Numbered from the stretch's first letter, positions 6,722-16,089 are shown. The stretch is 51,262 nucleotides of DNA from Coriobacteriia bacterium (GCA_025361505.1 JANYKZ010000077.1:1-51262), one strand, 5' to 3'. Program-made: numbers and translations. The notes: generated by a model from the letters alone, not told the origin.

Positions 6722-8053
6722 ATGGCCGCACAGACACAGATACTCAGCGCGCGGAACGCCCGCAGGCTTCCGGACGAGAACGTCTTCGACCGGACTCTGC
6801 GAGGGGATCCCATCGCCTTCTCCGAGGTCTACCGCCGTTACCAGAAGCGCATCTACGGCTTCTGCCTCGCGCGGTCGCTCGACCCCGAGACGGCTGCCGA
6901 CGCGACACAGGAAGTCTTCATGAAGCTGCTGCGCGCCGAGCCGGGCAGCATCGACCACCCGCGCGCCTGGCTGTTCACGGTCGCGCGCAACGTCGTGATC
7001 GACACCGTGCGCAAGCGCACACGCACGCCCGAGGACTCCGGCATCGAGGAGGAGTCGGTCGCGTGGGACAAGCTGAAGTCGGCCGACACCGCCGATGAGG
7101 TCCTCGCCCGCTCCGACGCGCGCAACGTGTTCCTCGCGCTGCGCACGATGCGCCCCCGCTACCGCACGGCACTCATCATGCGCGAGATCCACGGCGAGTC
7201 TGCCAACGACATGGCCGAGGCTCTCGAGACGAGCCCGGGAGCCGTGGACACGCTGGTGAGCAGGGCCCGCGACGCCTTCGGCGTGGCCTACGCCTCGGTG
7301 GGGGACCTGCCCGCAGTCTGCCGCACCAACATCGAACTCGTCTACCGCAACCTCGGGACGGGCATCACGCCGAGCGAGCGAGCATCGCTGGACGCTCATC
7401 TCGAGGGCTGCGAACGGTGTCGCGCCGAGGCGAAGCGGGCGGAGAGCCCCTCCCATCTGGCCGCGCTGCTGCCGTTCCTCGTTCCCGCGAACGTGCTGGC
7501 CCACGGTCTGCTCGGACGCGCGGCCCTGACGGTCCGCAAGTTCCCGGATGCCGTCGCTCAGCACGGAGCCGTGGTGCTCTCGCAGCCGCACACCTGGAAC
7601 CTGGCGACCAAGGTCGCCGCGGGTTTCCTCGCCGCCGCCCTCGTCACCGCCCCGATCGTCGCGACGACCGCGAGGCACGCGGCTCCGGCGCCGGCTCGCA
7701 CGGTGGCCTTCGTTCCGACGCCGCGGACCGCATCTCCCGGAGGCGCCTCCCCCATGGCCGCCTCTCGCTTCTCGGCGCTGATGAGCCGGCCGACAGCCGC
7801 TCCGACGAGCGCCATGATGGCCGTCACCCCGCGCGTCGCGTCGAGCGCCAACCCCAAGACCCCGCCGATGATGAGCGCTCCCCGGACCACCGCCGGGCCG
7901 AGCGGCTCCGCTCCCACGAAGCCCGCTCCGGCCGGCTCGACCACCACGGACATGCATCGCGGCACCACTCCCGCGTCCTCGGTCGGCGCGTCCTCCATGG
8001 GAGGGTCGTCACCGACCGGAGGGACATCCTCCATGGGCTCCGGCACCCCGTAG
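6722..8053 (+). CDS. ECF sigma factor fused to a ZAS zinc-finger, a TM helix and a Met/Pro/Ser/Thr-rich tail
   Basis: Sigma2 (DATQEVF, AWLFTVARN), sigma4 (LVSRAR), HLEGCERC (HxxxCxxC), hydrophobic VAAGFLAAALVTAPIVA. Confidence 0.9.
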   Translation: MAAQTQILSARNARRLPDENVFDRTLRGDPIAFSEVYRRYQKRIYGFCLARSLDPETAADATQEVFMKLLRAEPGSIDHPRAWLFTVARNVVIDTVRKRTRTPEDSGIEEESVAWDKLKSADTADEVLARSDARNVFLALRTMRPRYRTALIMREIHGESANDMAEALETSPGAVDTLVSRARDAFGVAYASVGDLPAVCRTNIELVYRNLGTGITPSERASLDAHLEGCERCRAEAKRAESPSHLAALLPFLVPANVLAHGLLGRAALTVRKFPDAVAQHGAVVLSQPHTWNLATKVAAGFLAAALVTAPIVATTARHAAPAPARTVAFVPTPRTASPGGASPMAASRFSALMSRPTAAPTSAMMAVTPRVASSANPKTPPMMSAPRTTAGPSGSAPTKPAPAGSTTTDMHRGTTPASSVGASSMGGSSPTGGTSSMGSGTP

Positions 8054-8078
8054 CCGCCCTCGTCCCCAAACCGTTTCT

Positions 8079-8108
8079 GTAAGGTTCCGCGAGCGGCGGC
8101 GTCTTACC
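8079..8108 (+). promoter_or_regulatory. Second copy of the ECF promoter
   Basis: GTAAGG-N15-CGTCTTACC with identical boxes and spacing. Confidence 0.65.
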
Positions 8109-8191
8109 TCCCGAGTCGCTCGATGACTCACACCCCCGAAGTCCGGACGCACCACTCCCCTGTCCGGCAGAAGCGAAAGCAGGTGTATGCA

Positions 8192-8860
8192 GTGAAGAGA
8201 AGCAAACTCGCGATCATCGTCGCCGGTGCCCTGGTCGCCGGATTGACCCTTGGCGGACTCGGCATCGCGGACGCAGCCGTCCGCAACGCGCACAAGACGG
8301 TCGCCTCCAAGTCGGCCAGCGTCGCGAAGGGCGTCAGCCCCGTTGCAACGCTGTCGCGCATGACCAAGCTGTCCGTCAAGCGGATCATGGCGCTGCGTCA
8401 CCAGGGCAAGTCGTTCGCCAGCATCGCCGCGAGCATGGGCGTCGATCCGGCAGCCGTCGTCGACCAGATGGTCGCCGCGCGTCAGGCGCACCTCGACGCG
8501 ATGGTCGCCGCCGGTCGAATGACCGCCGCGCAGGAGCAGGCCATGCTCGCCGTCATGCGCACGACCGTCGGCACCATGATGGGCCTGGTGCCCGGTTCCG
8601 GCAGCGGCATGATGTCCGGTGACACCACGCAGTCCGCCACCGGGATGCCCGGCAACGGCTACGGCGGCGGCAACGCGGGCACCGGCATGACCCCGGGTCA
8701 GGGCAACGTCCCGACGATGATGAACGCTCCGGCTCCGACCGATCCCGGTACGGCCCCCGCCGCGACGCCCGCCCCTGCCTCCACGCCCGCGCCCCGCACG
8801 GGCATGATGGGCTCCGGCTCGACGAACGGCTCGGGCATGATGGGTTCGACGAGGCCGTAA
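8192..8860 (+). CDS. Secreted Met/Gly-rich protein
   Basis: GTG start after AGGTG; signal peptide ending ADA; GKSFASIA helical module; several GMMG/GMMS motifs. Confidence 0.8.
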   Translation: MKRSKLAIIVAGALVAGLTLGGLGIADAAVRNAHKTVASKSASVAKGVSPVATLSRMTKLSVKRIMALRHQGKSFASIAASMGVDPAAVVDQMVAARQAHLDAMVAAGRMTAAQEQAMLAVMRTTVGTMMGLVPGSGSGMMSGDTTQSATGMPGNGYGGGNAGTGMTPGQGNVPTMMNAPAPTDPGTAPAATPAPASTPAPRTGMMGSGSTNGSGMMGSTRP

Positions 8861-8901
8861 CGCCTGCCGCTCCGCGGCATGTGGCACGGATCTCACGCAG
8901 G

Positions 8902-8930
8902 GCCGGGACCCGATCGGGTCCCGGCTCTTT
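8902..8930. terminator. Probable bidirectional terminator
   Basis: Perfect palindrome GCCGGGACCCGATCGGGTCCCGGC followed by TCTTT, between convergent genes. Confidence 0.75.
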
Positions 8931-8936
8931 CGCGTG

Positions 8937-9542
8937 CTACCGATCCTCGGTCGGGTCGATCACCTTGACGCCGATGTCCTCCGCCAACCCGACGACCTGC
9001 CGGGTCGTCAGCACGATGCCGTACGGGCCGTTCCGCAGGTCGAGCCCTCTGATGCTCGAACCGCGCAGGTCCGTGTCGCGCGTCCGCACCCCGGTCCAGT
9101 CGGCGTCCGTCAGGTCGCAGTTCACGAGGCTGGCGTCGGTCAGATCGGCGCCGTAGAGGTCACACTCCCTCATGGAGCAGCCGGAGAACTCCGTGTGGGT
9201 CAGGTCGACTCCCCGGAAGAGCGCGTAGTCGAGGTTGGTGTTGCTGAACGTCGACGATCCGAGGCGGGTCCCGCGACGGAAGTCGAGACCGATCATCTTG
9301 CACTCCTCGATCGCCGCGCCGAAGAACCCGGCGCCCTGGACCGCGGCACCCTCGAACTGGCACCGGCGGATGGTCGCAGCGTTGAACTTCGCGTCGGTCA
9401 GCACGCACTCGGCGAACGAGCAGTCCTCGATGACCCGGTCGGCGAAATCGAACCCAACGAGCCGCAGCCCGTCGAAGGACAGGTCGCTCAGCGCCTCGAG
9501 TCCCTCGAGCCCCGCGAGGTCGGACGGGGTCACCTGCCTCAC
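8937..9542 (-). CDS. Pentapeptide repeat protein
   Basis: Tandem ADLTD/ASLVN/CDLTD-type pentapeptides. Start uncertain. Confidence 0.9.
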   Translation of the reverse strand: MRQVTPSDLAGLEGLEALSDLSFDGLRLVGFDFADRVIEDCSFAECVLTDAKFNAATIRRCQFEGAAVQGAGFFGAAIEECKMIGLDFRRGTRLGSSTFSNTNLDYALFRGVDLTHTEFSGCSMRECDLYGADLTDASLVNCDLTDADWTGVRTRDTDLRGSSIRGLDLRNGPYGIVLTTRQVVGLAEDIGVKVIDPTEDR

Positions 9543-9661
9543 GAGCCACCCGCCTTCTGATCGTCGAGCCGTGATCGCAAACGTGCGACGCAAGGATACC
9601 CGTGCGCCGCGCGTCGAAGGGGTATCAAGTGAGCAGAGGCCGCGAACGGAAGGGGCTACCG

Positions 9662-9979
9662 ATGGGCTGTTGTCTTGGAGTGATCCTGCTGGCCGGGGCG
9701 CCGCGCCTCGGGCTCGGGCTGTGGTGGTTCATGGACCCGGCACGCATCCTCTCGGCGTTCAGCGGCTGGTCGACCACGGTCGGCAGCTTCACGGCCCCGA
9801 TGTGGATCTGGCCGCTCGCCGGCCTGCTCCTGCTCCCCTGGACCACGATCGCCTGGGTGTTCGTGTCGCCGGGTGGCGTCACGCCCCTCGAGTGGGTCAT
9901 CCTCGGGATCGCCCTGCTTCTCGACCTCGGGACCCACGGCGGGGGCGGTCGCGCGTATCAGCGGCGGTACGCCTCCTGA
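9662..9979 (+). CDS. Small membrane protein
   Basis: SD GAAGGGG; MGCCLGVILLAGAPRL...GLLLLPWTTIAW; three TM segments. Confidence 0.8.
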   Translation: MGCCLGVILLAGAPRLGLGLWWFMDPARILSAFSGWSTTVGSFTAPMWIWPLAGLLLLPWTTIAWVFVSPGGVTPLEWVILGIALLLDLGTHGGGGRAYQRRYAS

Positions 9980-10067
9980 CCGAGCGGGACGATCGCGAGC
10001 CCATGCGTTTCCCAGCGCCCGGCGCCTGTGCGACCATGCGGTACCGCGAATCGGAGGGAGAGGGCCC

Positions 10068-11522
10068 ATGGCGCAGCTGATCGCGAACTTCTACTGGATC
10101 GGCTACGTGCTGCTCGCCCTCTACTGGATCGTCGCCGTCGTGGCGATCGTCGCCGAGCACCGCGACCCGACGGCCACGCTCCTGTGGATCACGATCCTCA
10201 TCGTCCTGCCCGGAGTCGGGTTGCTCGTCTACTTCTTCGCGGGCCGGGACTGGAAGCGGATCCACGCTCGGCAGCGCTGGGTCGCGGACCTGCGCGCGCT
10301 GCGCGAACCGTTCATGGAGCCGTTCTACGACCGGTACCGGGAGTTCTCGGACGCGGCGGTCGCGGCGTACCGCGGGACCCCGACCGAGCGGCTCATCCGG
10401 GCGATCTCGACGGAGCGCGGCAACGGACCGCTCCCGGTCAACGACCTCGAGATCTTTCCGAGCGGCGCCGAGTACTTCCCGCGTCTCATCGACGACATCT
10501 CGAAGGCGCAGCGATCGATCCACATGCAGTACTACACGTGGGAGCGCGACGAGCTGACCACCGAGATCTGCGCAGCGCTGATGGAGCGGGTGCGGGCCGG
10601 CGTCGAGGTCCGGATCCTCAACGACTTCCTAGGCAGCTTCCGCTACCGCAAGGACCAGCTCGACGCGCTCAAGGCCGCCGGCGCGCACGTCGGATCGGAC
10701 ATGACGCAGATCGGCAGGGTCAACTACCGCGATCATCGCAAGATCACCGTGATCGACGAGGTGATCGGCCACACCGGCGGCATCAACATCGGTCAGGAGT
10801 ACATCGATGGTGGCGCCAACTTCCCATCGTGGCGCGATACCGGCATGCGCGTCACCGGTCCCGCCGTCGGCGAGCTCCAGAAGCTGTTCGCCGACCGCTG
10901 GTACGAGGTGTTCCGCGAGAACCTGTTCAAGCCGCGCTACTTCCCGGCGCCGGACACCGCTGTCGTCGCGAAGCCGATCATGACCCACGTGGTCGCTCAG
11001 GGCGTGGAGGAGCGCTGGTCGTCCTCGACGCGCGCGCACGAGATCGCGATCTCGGGTGCGCGGAGCCGGGTGTCGATCCAGTCACCCTACTGGGTGCCCG
11101 ATCCCACCATGCTCGACGTCTTCATCAACGCGGCCCTGTCGGGAGTCGACGTTCGCTTCATGATGACGGGCCTGCCCGACAAGAAGCTGGCTTACAACGC
11201 CGCGGAGTCCTACTGGGAGCCCGTGCTGCGCGCGGGGGGCCACGTCTACCTCTACATGGCGGGGTTCATGCACGCGAAGACCATCGTCATCGACGGAACC
11301 GTCTCCGCCGTCGGCACGATGAACCTCGACATCCGCAGCCTCAGGCTCAACCAGGAGCTCATGGTTTGGATCTACGACGAGGCCGTGGCGCGGCGCCAGG
11401 AGGAGATCTTCGAGGCCGACCTGGAGAAGTGCGTCGAGGTCACCCTGGAGGTCATCGCGTCGTGGAGCGCGTTCAAGCGCTTCAAGCACTCGGCGAGCCG
11501 GCTCGGCTCGAACCTGCTGTAG
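10068..11522 (+). CDS. cls: Cardiolipin synthase
   Basis: N-terminal PLDc_N TM helices; two HKD motifs (HRKITVID, HAKTIVID); QSPY; GTMNLDIRS. Confidence 0.92.
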   Translation: MAQLIANFYWIGYVLLALYWIVAVVAIVAEHRDPTATLLWITILIVLPGVGLLVYFFAGRDWKRIHARQRWVADLRALREPFMEPFYDRYREFSDAAVAAYRGTPTERLIRAISTERGNGPLPVNDLEIFPSGAEYFPRLIDDISKAQRSIHMQYYTWERDELTTEICAALMERVRAGVEVRILNDFLGSFRYRKDQLDALKAAGAHVGSDMTQIGRVNYRDHRKITVIDEVIGHTGGINIGQEYIDGGANFPSWRDTGMRVTGPAVGELQKLFADRWYEVFRENLFKPRYFPAPDTAVVAKPIMTHVVAQGVEERWSSSTRAHEIAISGARSRVSIQSPYWVPDPTMLDVFINAALSGVDVRFMMTGLPDKKLAYNAAESYWEPVLRAGGHVYLYMAGFMHAKTIVIDGTVSAVGTMNLDIRSLRLNQELMVWIYDEAVARRQEEIFEADLEKCVEVTLEVIASWSAFKRFKHSASRLGSNLL

Positions 11523-12173
11523 CTACTCCCCCGCCTCGGCCCGGCGCAGCCAGTGCCGCACCGGAACGCTCAACGCCATTACAGCGGAGAGCGACCCGAG
11601 CATCATGACGAGAGCGGCGACCTTGAACGCGACGTCGGGCGACGACGCGATCGCGGACGCCGGGTGTATGTCCTGCCCCACCGGGCCGAACTCGATCCAC
11701 GCCAGGCCGACGGCCATGGCGAAGGCGCTCACCACCTGTCCCGCCGCGCCGATGCGACGCTTCTCCTGGAACAGCGCCACCATGAGTGCGATGGCCGCCA
11801 CGACCATGTACGCGAGGCTCATGACCATGCGCCGTTCCGTGAGGTTCCACGCGTTCCAGACCAGCCGCGCGGACACCGCCCCGACCAGCGTCGCGAGCGC
11901 CCACAGCGGGAGCAGCGCGACCTGCAGGGCGCGCGCCCACTCGTAGACGCGGTCCCGGCCGGTCGCGAGGTACGCCACGGCGACGACGCCCATGCCGAAG
12001 ATGCCGATGACGCACGCCACGATGAGCATCCCGTGCCAGATGACGAAGCGCACCCAGGCGCCCAGTTGCGCGTCCTGCGGCGCGAGCAGTGCGGCCACGA
12101 TCGAGACGGCCACGCCGATGGCGGCGACGGTGTAGGCGGTGCGGTCGGAGACACGATCCAGCCGGTCGAGCAT
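11523..12173 (-). CDS. CcmC/CcsA-like cytochrome c assembly membrane protein
   Basis: About six TM helices, flanking His residues (VIWHG, IHP) and a degenerate Trp-rich motif GAVSARLVWNAWNLTERR. Confidence 0.55.
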   Translation of the reverse strand: MLDRLDRVSDRTAYTVAAIGVAVSIVAALLAPQDAQLGAWVRFVIWHGMLIVACVIGIFGMGVVAVAYLATGRDRVYEWARALQVALLPLWALATLVGAVSARLVWNAWNLTERRMVMSLAYMVVAAIALMVALFQEKRRIGAAGQVVSAFAMAVGLAWIEFGPVGQDIHPASAIASSPDVAFKVAALVMMLGSLSAVMALSVPVRHWLRRAEAGE

Positions 12174-12189
12174 GGTGGTCCTTTCGGTC

Positions 12190-12759
12190 CTACTCCTGAG
12201 CTTCGGACGCCAGGATGACGGCCTCGGCCACGTCTCGCAGCGTCTTGCGGCGGTCCATCGCGGCCTTCTGCAGACGACCGAACGCTTCGGGCTCGGTCAT
12301 CCCCCGCTTCATCAGCAGCCCCTTCGCCCGCTCGACGAGCTTGCGCGTCTCGAGACGGTCCTCGAGGGTCGCGACCTCGTCCTCCAGGGCGCGCGCCTCG
12401 GCGAAGCGGGCGACCGCGACCTGCATCGCCGGCAGGACGTCCTTCTTGGAGAACGGCTTCACGAGGTAGCCCATCGCACCCGCGGCCGAGGCCTCCTCGA
12501 CGTAGGTGCTCTGAGAGAACGCGGTGACCATGACGACGGGGGCGATGCGCTCCGCGCCGATCACCGCGGCCGCCGCGATGCCGTCGAGGCCGGGCATCTT
12601 GACGTCCATGAAGATGACCTCGGGCCGAAGCGCGCGCGCCAGTTCGATGGCCTCCGCACCGTCGCGCGCCTCGCCGACGACCTCGTGGCCCTCTTCGGTG
12701 AGCATCTCCCGCATGTCCATGCGGATGAGCGCTTCGTCTTCGGCGATCAACACGCGCAT
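12190..12759 (-). CDS. pdtaR: ANTAR-domain response regulator (PdtaR-like)
   Basis: REC domain (AEDE, MDVKMP, YLVKPF) plus ANTAR (ETRKLVERAKGLLM...EAF..LQKAAMD). Confidence 0.9.
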   Translation of the reverse strand: MRVLIAEDEALIRMDMREMLTEEGHEVVGEARDGAEAIELARALRPEVIFMDVKMPGLDGIAAAAVIGAERIAPVVMVTAFSQSTYVEEASAAGAMGYLVKPFSKKDVLPAMQVAVARFAEARALEDEVATLEDRLETRKLVERAKGLLMKRGMTEPEAFGRLQKAAMDRRKTLRDVAEAVILASEAQE

Positions 12760-12927
12760 CGGCGACAACTCCGTGGGTCACGGCCGGCGGCTCCGGCGCC
12801 TTCAGGCGCCCAGCCTACCATGCGGCGCGAGCATGCAAACGGCCTTGGTAAGGAAACGGTAAGGGTCTGGGAATATGCTGCGAGACCGTGCGGCCTCCGC
12901 ACGGAAACGGACTCACGAAGGAACCGC

Positions 12928-13095
12928 ATGCCCGAGCGCCCGGAACGTCCTCTCCCCGACTACTTCATCCTGATCATCGTCGTGGTGCTGGCCGCCCTAG
13001 CGCTCGTGCCGCGGTGCGTTCCCGGCGTCCTGCCGCAGTCCTTCTTCGCCAGCAGCACGGCGAGCACGCGCTCGGGAGCCAAGCTCGCGCACTAG
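12928..13095 (+). CDS. Putative 55-aa single-TM small protein
   Basis: SD GAAGGA and ATG; hydrophobic YFILIIVVVLAALALV; upstream TATGCT -10-like box. Confidence 0.55.
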   Translation: MPERPERPLPDYFILIIVVVLAALALVPRCVPGVLPQSFFASSTASTRSGAKLAH

Positions 13096-14498
13096 GATTC
13101 GAGCGGCACCGAGATGGAGACGGTCGTCCCCCTGCCGCTGCGGAAGTCGAGCGTGCCGCGCAGGTCGTCCTTCACGATGGTCCGCACGATCGCCAGGCCC
13201 AGTTGCGCGGACATCGCGGGGTCGAACCCTTCGGGCAGTCCGGTCCCGTCGTCCCGGACCGACAACTGCAGTTCGTCGGGCAGGCGCCGCATCTTCACCA
13301 CGACGCGTCCGGCCCCCCGCTCCCCGATCCCGTGCTCGATCGCGTTGTGGACCAGCTCGGCTGTCACGAGCGCCAGCGAGGTCGCGACCGAGGCGGGGAC
13401 ACTGCCGAGCGTCCCCTCGACGTCGACCGCGACGTCGGCGCTGCGCCCCGACAGCCCCTGGCGCACCATGTCGACCACCGTGCGCGCCGCCGCGCCGAAG
13501 TCCACCGTCTCGTCCGTCGAGGTCGAGAGCATCTCGTGCACCACGGCCATCGAACCGACGCGCTCGACGGCCTCGGCGAGCGAGCGCTGTGTCTCCGGCG
13601 AGTCGGATCGGCGCGACTGAATGCGCAGCAGTGACGAGATCGTCTGCAGGTTGTTCTTCACGCGATGGTGGACCTCGCGGATCGTCGCTTCCTTGACCTT
13701 GAGCTCCGCGTCGCGGCGGCGGGCGTCCGTGATGTCCTCCACGAGGACGGCGGCGCCCGTCTTCAGCGCGACCGTGCGATAGAGCAGCACGCGCCCCGCG
13801 ACCGCGACCTCGCACTGCAGCGCGCCCGCGGACTCGAGCACGGGGCCGACCGCCTGCGCGCCCCCGGGCATGTCGACCGCGACCGTGCCGGTGAGTGCGC
13901 CCTCCACTCCGGCGAGCCGGAGGATGTTCACGGCGTTCGGGCTGGCGTAGGCGACGCGCCCCGTCTCGTCGACGCGCATGACCCCGTCGCCGGCCCGGCG
14001 CGTGGTCCAAAACGGCGCGCCCGTGCCGACGTCGATGAGCGGACCTGCGCCGAGTACTTCGAGCAGGTCCTCGGCGAGCGCCATGAACTGGCGCTCCATC
14101 GTGCCGGGGGCGTCAACGACCTGCTGCGTGAGATCGCGGACGACGACCGCGAACGCGGGCACACCGATCGGATGCGCCGAGGTGACGTACTGCATGCCGC
14201 GGGTGGTACGGCGCCGGTCTCCCGCCACCGCTTCACCCGTGTGCAGCGCGCGATAGGCCTCCGGTTCCTCGTGCGAGGTGAGCGTCTTGCCCGTGCGGCT
14301 CGTGGCGACGGCCGCCACGGCCGTCATCGGACGCGCATCGGCGAGCACATCGAGCGAGCCCTGGGGCGTCCGGACGGCGAGCGCCACGTCGCCGTAGCCG
14401 AGGTCGGCGACGAACTGCAGGTTGCGCGCGACGTTGTCGAGGTGCGCGCGGGGGCCTTCTTCGAGCCAGGCCGGCAGCGCTGCGGGGACTTCTTCCAT
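13092..14498 (-). CDS. pdtaS: Soluble sensor histidine kinase (PdtaS-like; GAF, PAS, HisKA_2, HATPase)
   Basis: LQFVADL N-terminus, IREVHHRVKNNLQ, ELVHNAIEHG, DDGTG, LGLAIV. Confidence 0.9.
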   Translation of the reverse strand: MEEVPAALPAWLEEGPRAHLDNVARNLQFVADLGYGDVALAVRTPQGSLDVLADARPMTAVAAVATSRTGKTLTSHEEPEAYRALHTGEAVAGDRRRTTRGMQYVTSAHPIGVPAFAVVVRDLTQQVVDAPGTMERQFMALAEDLLEVLGAGPLIDVGTGAPFWTTRRAGDGVMRVDETGRVAYASPNAVNILRLAGVEGALTGTVAVDMPGGAQAVGPVLESAGALQCEVAVAGRVLLYRTVALKTGAAVLVEDITDARRRDAELKVKEATIREVHHRVKNNLQTISSLLRIQSRRSDSPETQRSLAEAVERVGSMAVVHEMLSTSTDETVDFGAAARTVVDMVRQGLSGRSADVAVDVEGTLGSVPASVATSLALVTAELVHNAIEHGIGERGAGRVVVKMRRLPDELQLSVRDDGTGLPEGFDPAMSAQLGLAIVRTIVKDDLRGTLDFRSGRGTTVSISVPLES

Positions 14499-14700
14499 GC
14501 GGCGATTCTAGCGCACGGCCGATGACGGCCCCGTGCCCACACGCCTTTGGTCGCTTCCAGCGGCCCGTTCGTCGTCGGGCGCGCGAGCGCTGGGCGATAC
14601 TGCTCGATGAAGGAGTAGAGACCGCGCACCGCGCGGCCCCTGTTCGTCGCGCGACCGGAAGGACCGTCGTATGCGTGGAGGTATCGTTCGTCCGCCGCAG

Positions 14701-15936
14701 ATGAGCACCCTGGATGCCGCGATCTGGATCACCGTCGCGGTCGCGGCCGTGGCCACCCTCGGCAACGCGATGATGGCGATCCTCATCGTCGCTCCGAGCG
14801 AACTCCCGTTGATGGCCCTGTGCACGGTCGTGCTGGTGGTCGCCGGAGGACTCGCGGCGTGGCGCCACCTCCGGGCCATCGCCGCGGCCAACGAGGCCCG
14901 CAACGAACTGGCCGTCACCAAGGGCGACGAGCTCTCCGCCCGCGATCGCCTCTCGTTCGCCCGCCACTCCGCGTCCCTGATGTCCACGCTCCCCCAGGGG
15001 GAAGGCATCTTGGCGGTCCTCACCGAGTCGCTCACCCGCTTCCACGCTCAGGCCGCCGCGGTGGTGGGCCGTGACGTCGCGCTCGCGACCGGGGAAGGCG
15101 TCGACGCCGACGAGGCGCGCGCCGCGGTACTTCGACTGGCGGAGGAGACGGTGAAGTCCGGACGCTCGGTGACCGTCGCCGACGCCGAATCGCAGGTCGC
15201 CGCGCTGACCGCTCCCCTGCGCATCCGCGACGACCGCACGGACGTCCTGGTGCTGTGGCGGCACGGGCACCGGTTCCGGCTCGACGACCTCGACGGGCTG
15301 AGCCTCGTCGCGCGCATCGTGGAGCTCTCCATGGAGAACACCGCGCTCGTCGATGACGTGCGCTCCCAGCTGGGCGGCACGCTGCACGCCATGGTCGACC
15401 TGGTCGAACAGCGCCTCCCGAACTACATCCCGCACTCCAGCCGCGTCGGCGCCTACGCCGCCGCGCTCGCCCAGGCCATCGGTCTCGCCGACGAGGAGGC
15501 CGAGCAGCTTCGCGTCGCGGCGATGTTGCACGACGTCGGCATGCTCGAGGTCCCCGAGGCGATCCTGAACGCGCCGCGCTCCCTCACGGCCGACGAACAG
15601 CTCGCGCTGCGCGATCACCCGCGGCACGGTGCCGAACTCACGCGCTTCGCCAACTTCGGACCGCTCGTGCAGGAAGCGATCCTGGCGCACCACGAGCGCG
15701 TGGACGGCACCGGCTATCCCCGCGGCCTGAGCGGGGACGCCATCCCGCTGGCCGCTCGCATCCTCGCCGTGTGTGACGCCTACGTCGCGATGATCTCGGA
15801 CCGGCCGCAGCGGGCCCGGATCACGCCCGAGGCTGCGCTCGCGGAGCTTCGCGCGGGCGCCGGCACGGCCTACGACACGGGCGTCGTCGAGATGTTCGCC
15901 GAGGTCCGGGCAGAGGTGCCCTCCACGGGCGCATAG
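14701..15936 (+). CDS. Membrane-anchored HD-GYP phosphodiesterase
   Basis: Two N-terminal TM helices, GAF-like middle, HSSRV, LHDVG, HHERVDGTGYPRGL, ARILAVCDAY. Confidence 0.9.
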   Translation: MSTLDAAIWITVAVAAVATLGNAMMAILIVAPSELPLMALCTVVLVVAGGLAAWRHLRAIAAANEARNELAVTKGDELSARDRLSFARHSASLMSTLPQGEGILAVLTESLTRFHAQAAAVVGRDVALATGEGVDADEARAAVLRLAEETVKSGRSVTVADAESQVAALTAPLRIRDDRTDVLVLWRHGHRFRLDDLDGLSLVARIVELSMENTALVDDVRSQLGGTLHAMVDLVEQRLPNYIPHSSRVGAYAAALAQAIGLADEEAEQLRVAAMLHDVGMLEVPEAILNAPRSLTADEQLALRDHPRHGAELTRFANFGPLVQEAILAHHERVDGTGYPRGLSGDAIPLAARILAVCDAYVAMISDRPQRARITPEAALAELRAGAGTAYDTGVVEMFAEVRAEVPSTGA

Positions 15937-15955
15937 CCGCGCGGCTCCCATCGCC

Positions 15956-15961
15956 TATAAT
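15956..15961 (+). promoter_or_regulatory. -10 box for the tRNA
   Basis: Perfect TATAAT in GC-rich DNA about 40 nt upstream of the tRNA. Confidence 0.6.
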
Positions 15962-16003
15962 CGGCGCGTTCCGGCGGACGTCGTGCCGCCAGGTCATCCA
16001 ATC

Positions 16004-16089
16004 GCCCGGGTGGCGGAACGGCAGACGCGGGGGCCTCAAAAGCCTCTATGTGAAAGCATGTGTGGGTTCGAATCCCACCCCGGGCACCA
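16004..16089 (+). tRNA. tRNA-Leu(CAA)
   Basis: Acceptor stem GCCCGGG/CCCGGGC, anticodon arm GGGGC-CTCAAAA-GCCTC, long variable arm, GGTTCGAATCC, encoded CCA. Confidence 0.97.

Noticed and set aside
9596-9626. GATACCC...GGGTATC as a CsoR operator
   Set aside because: The spacer is much longer than in known operators, and the flanking genes are not Cu-related.
12830-12915. c-di-GMP-I riboswitch suggested by GCAAAC and GAAA
   Set aside because: The required stems and element order could not be built; direct repeats explain the region better.
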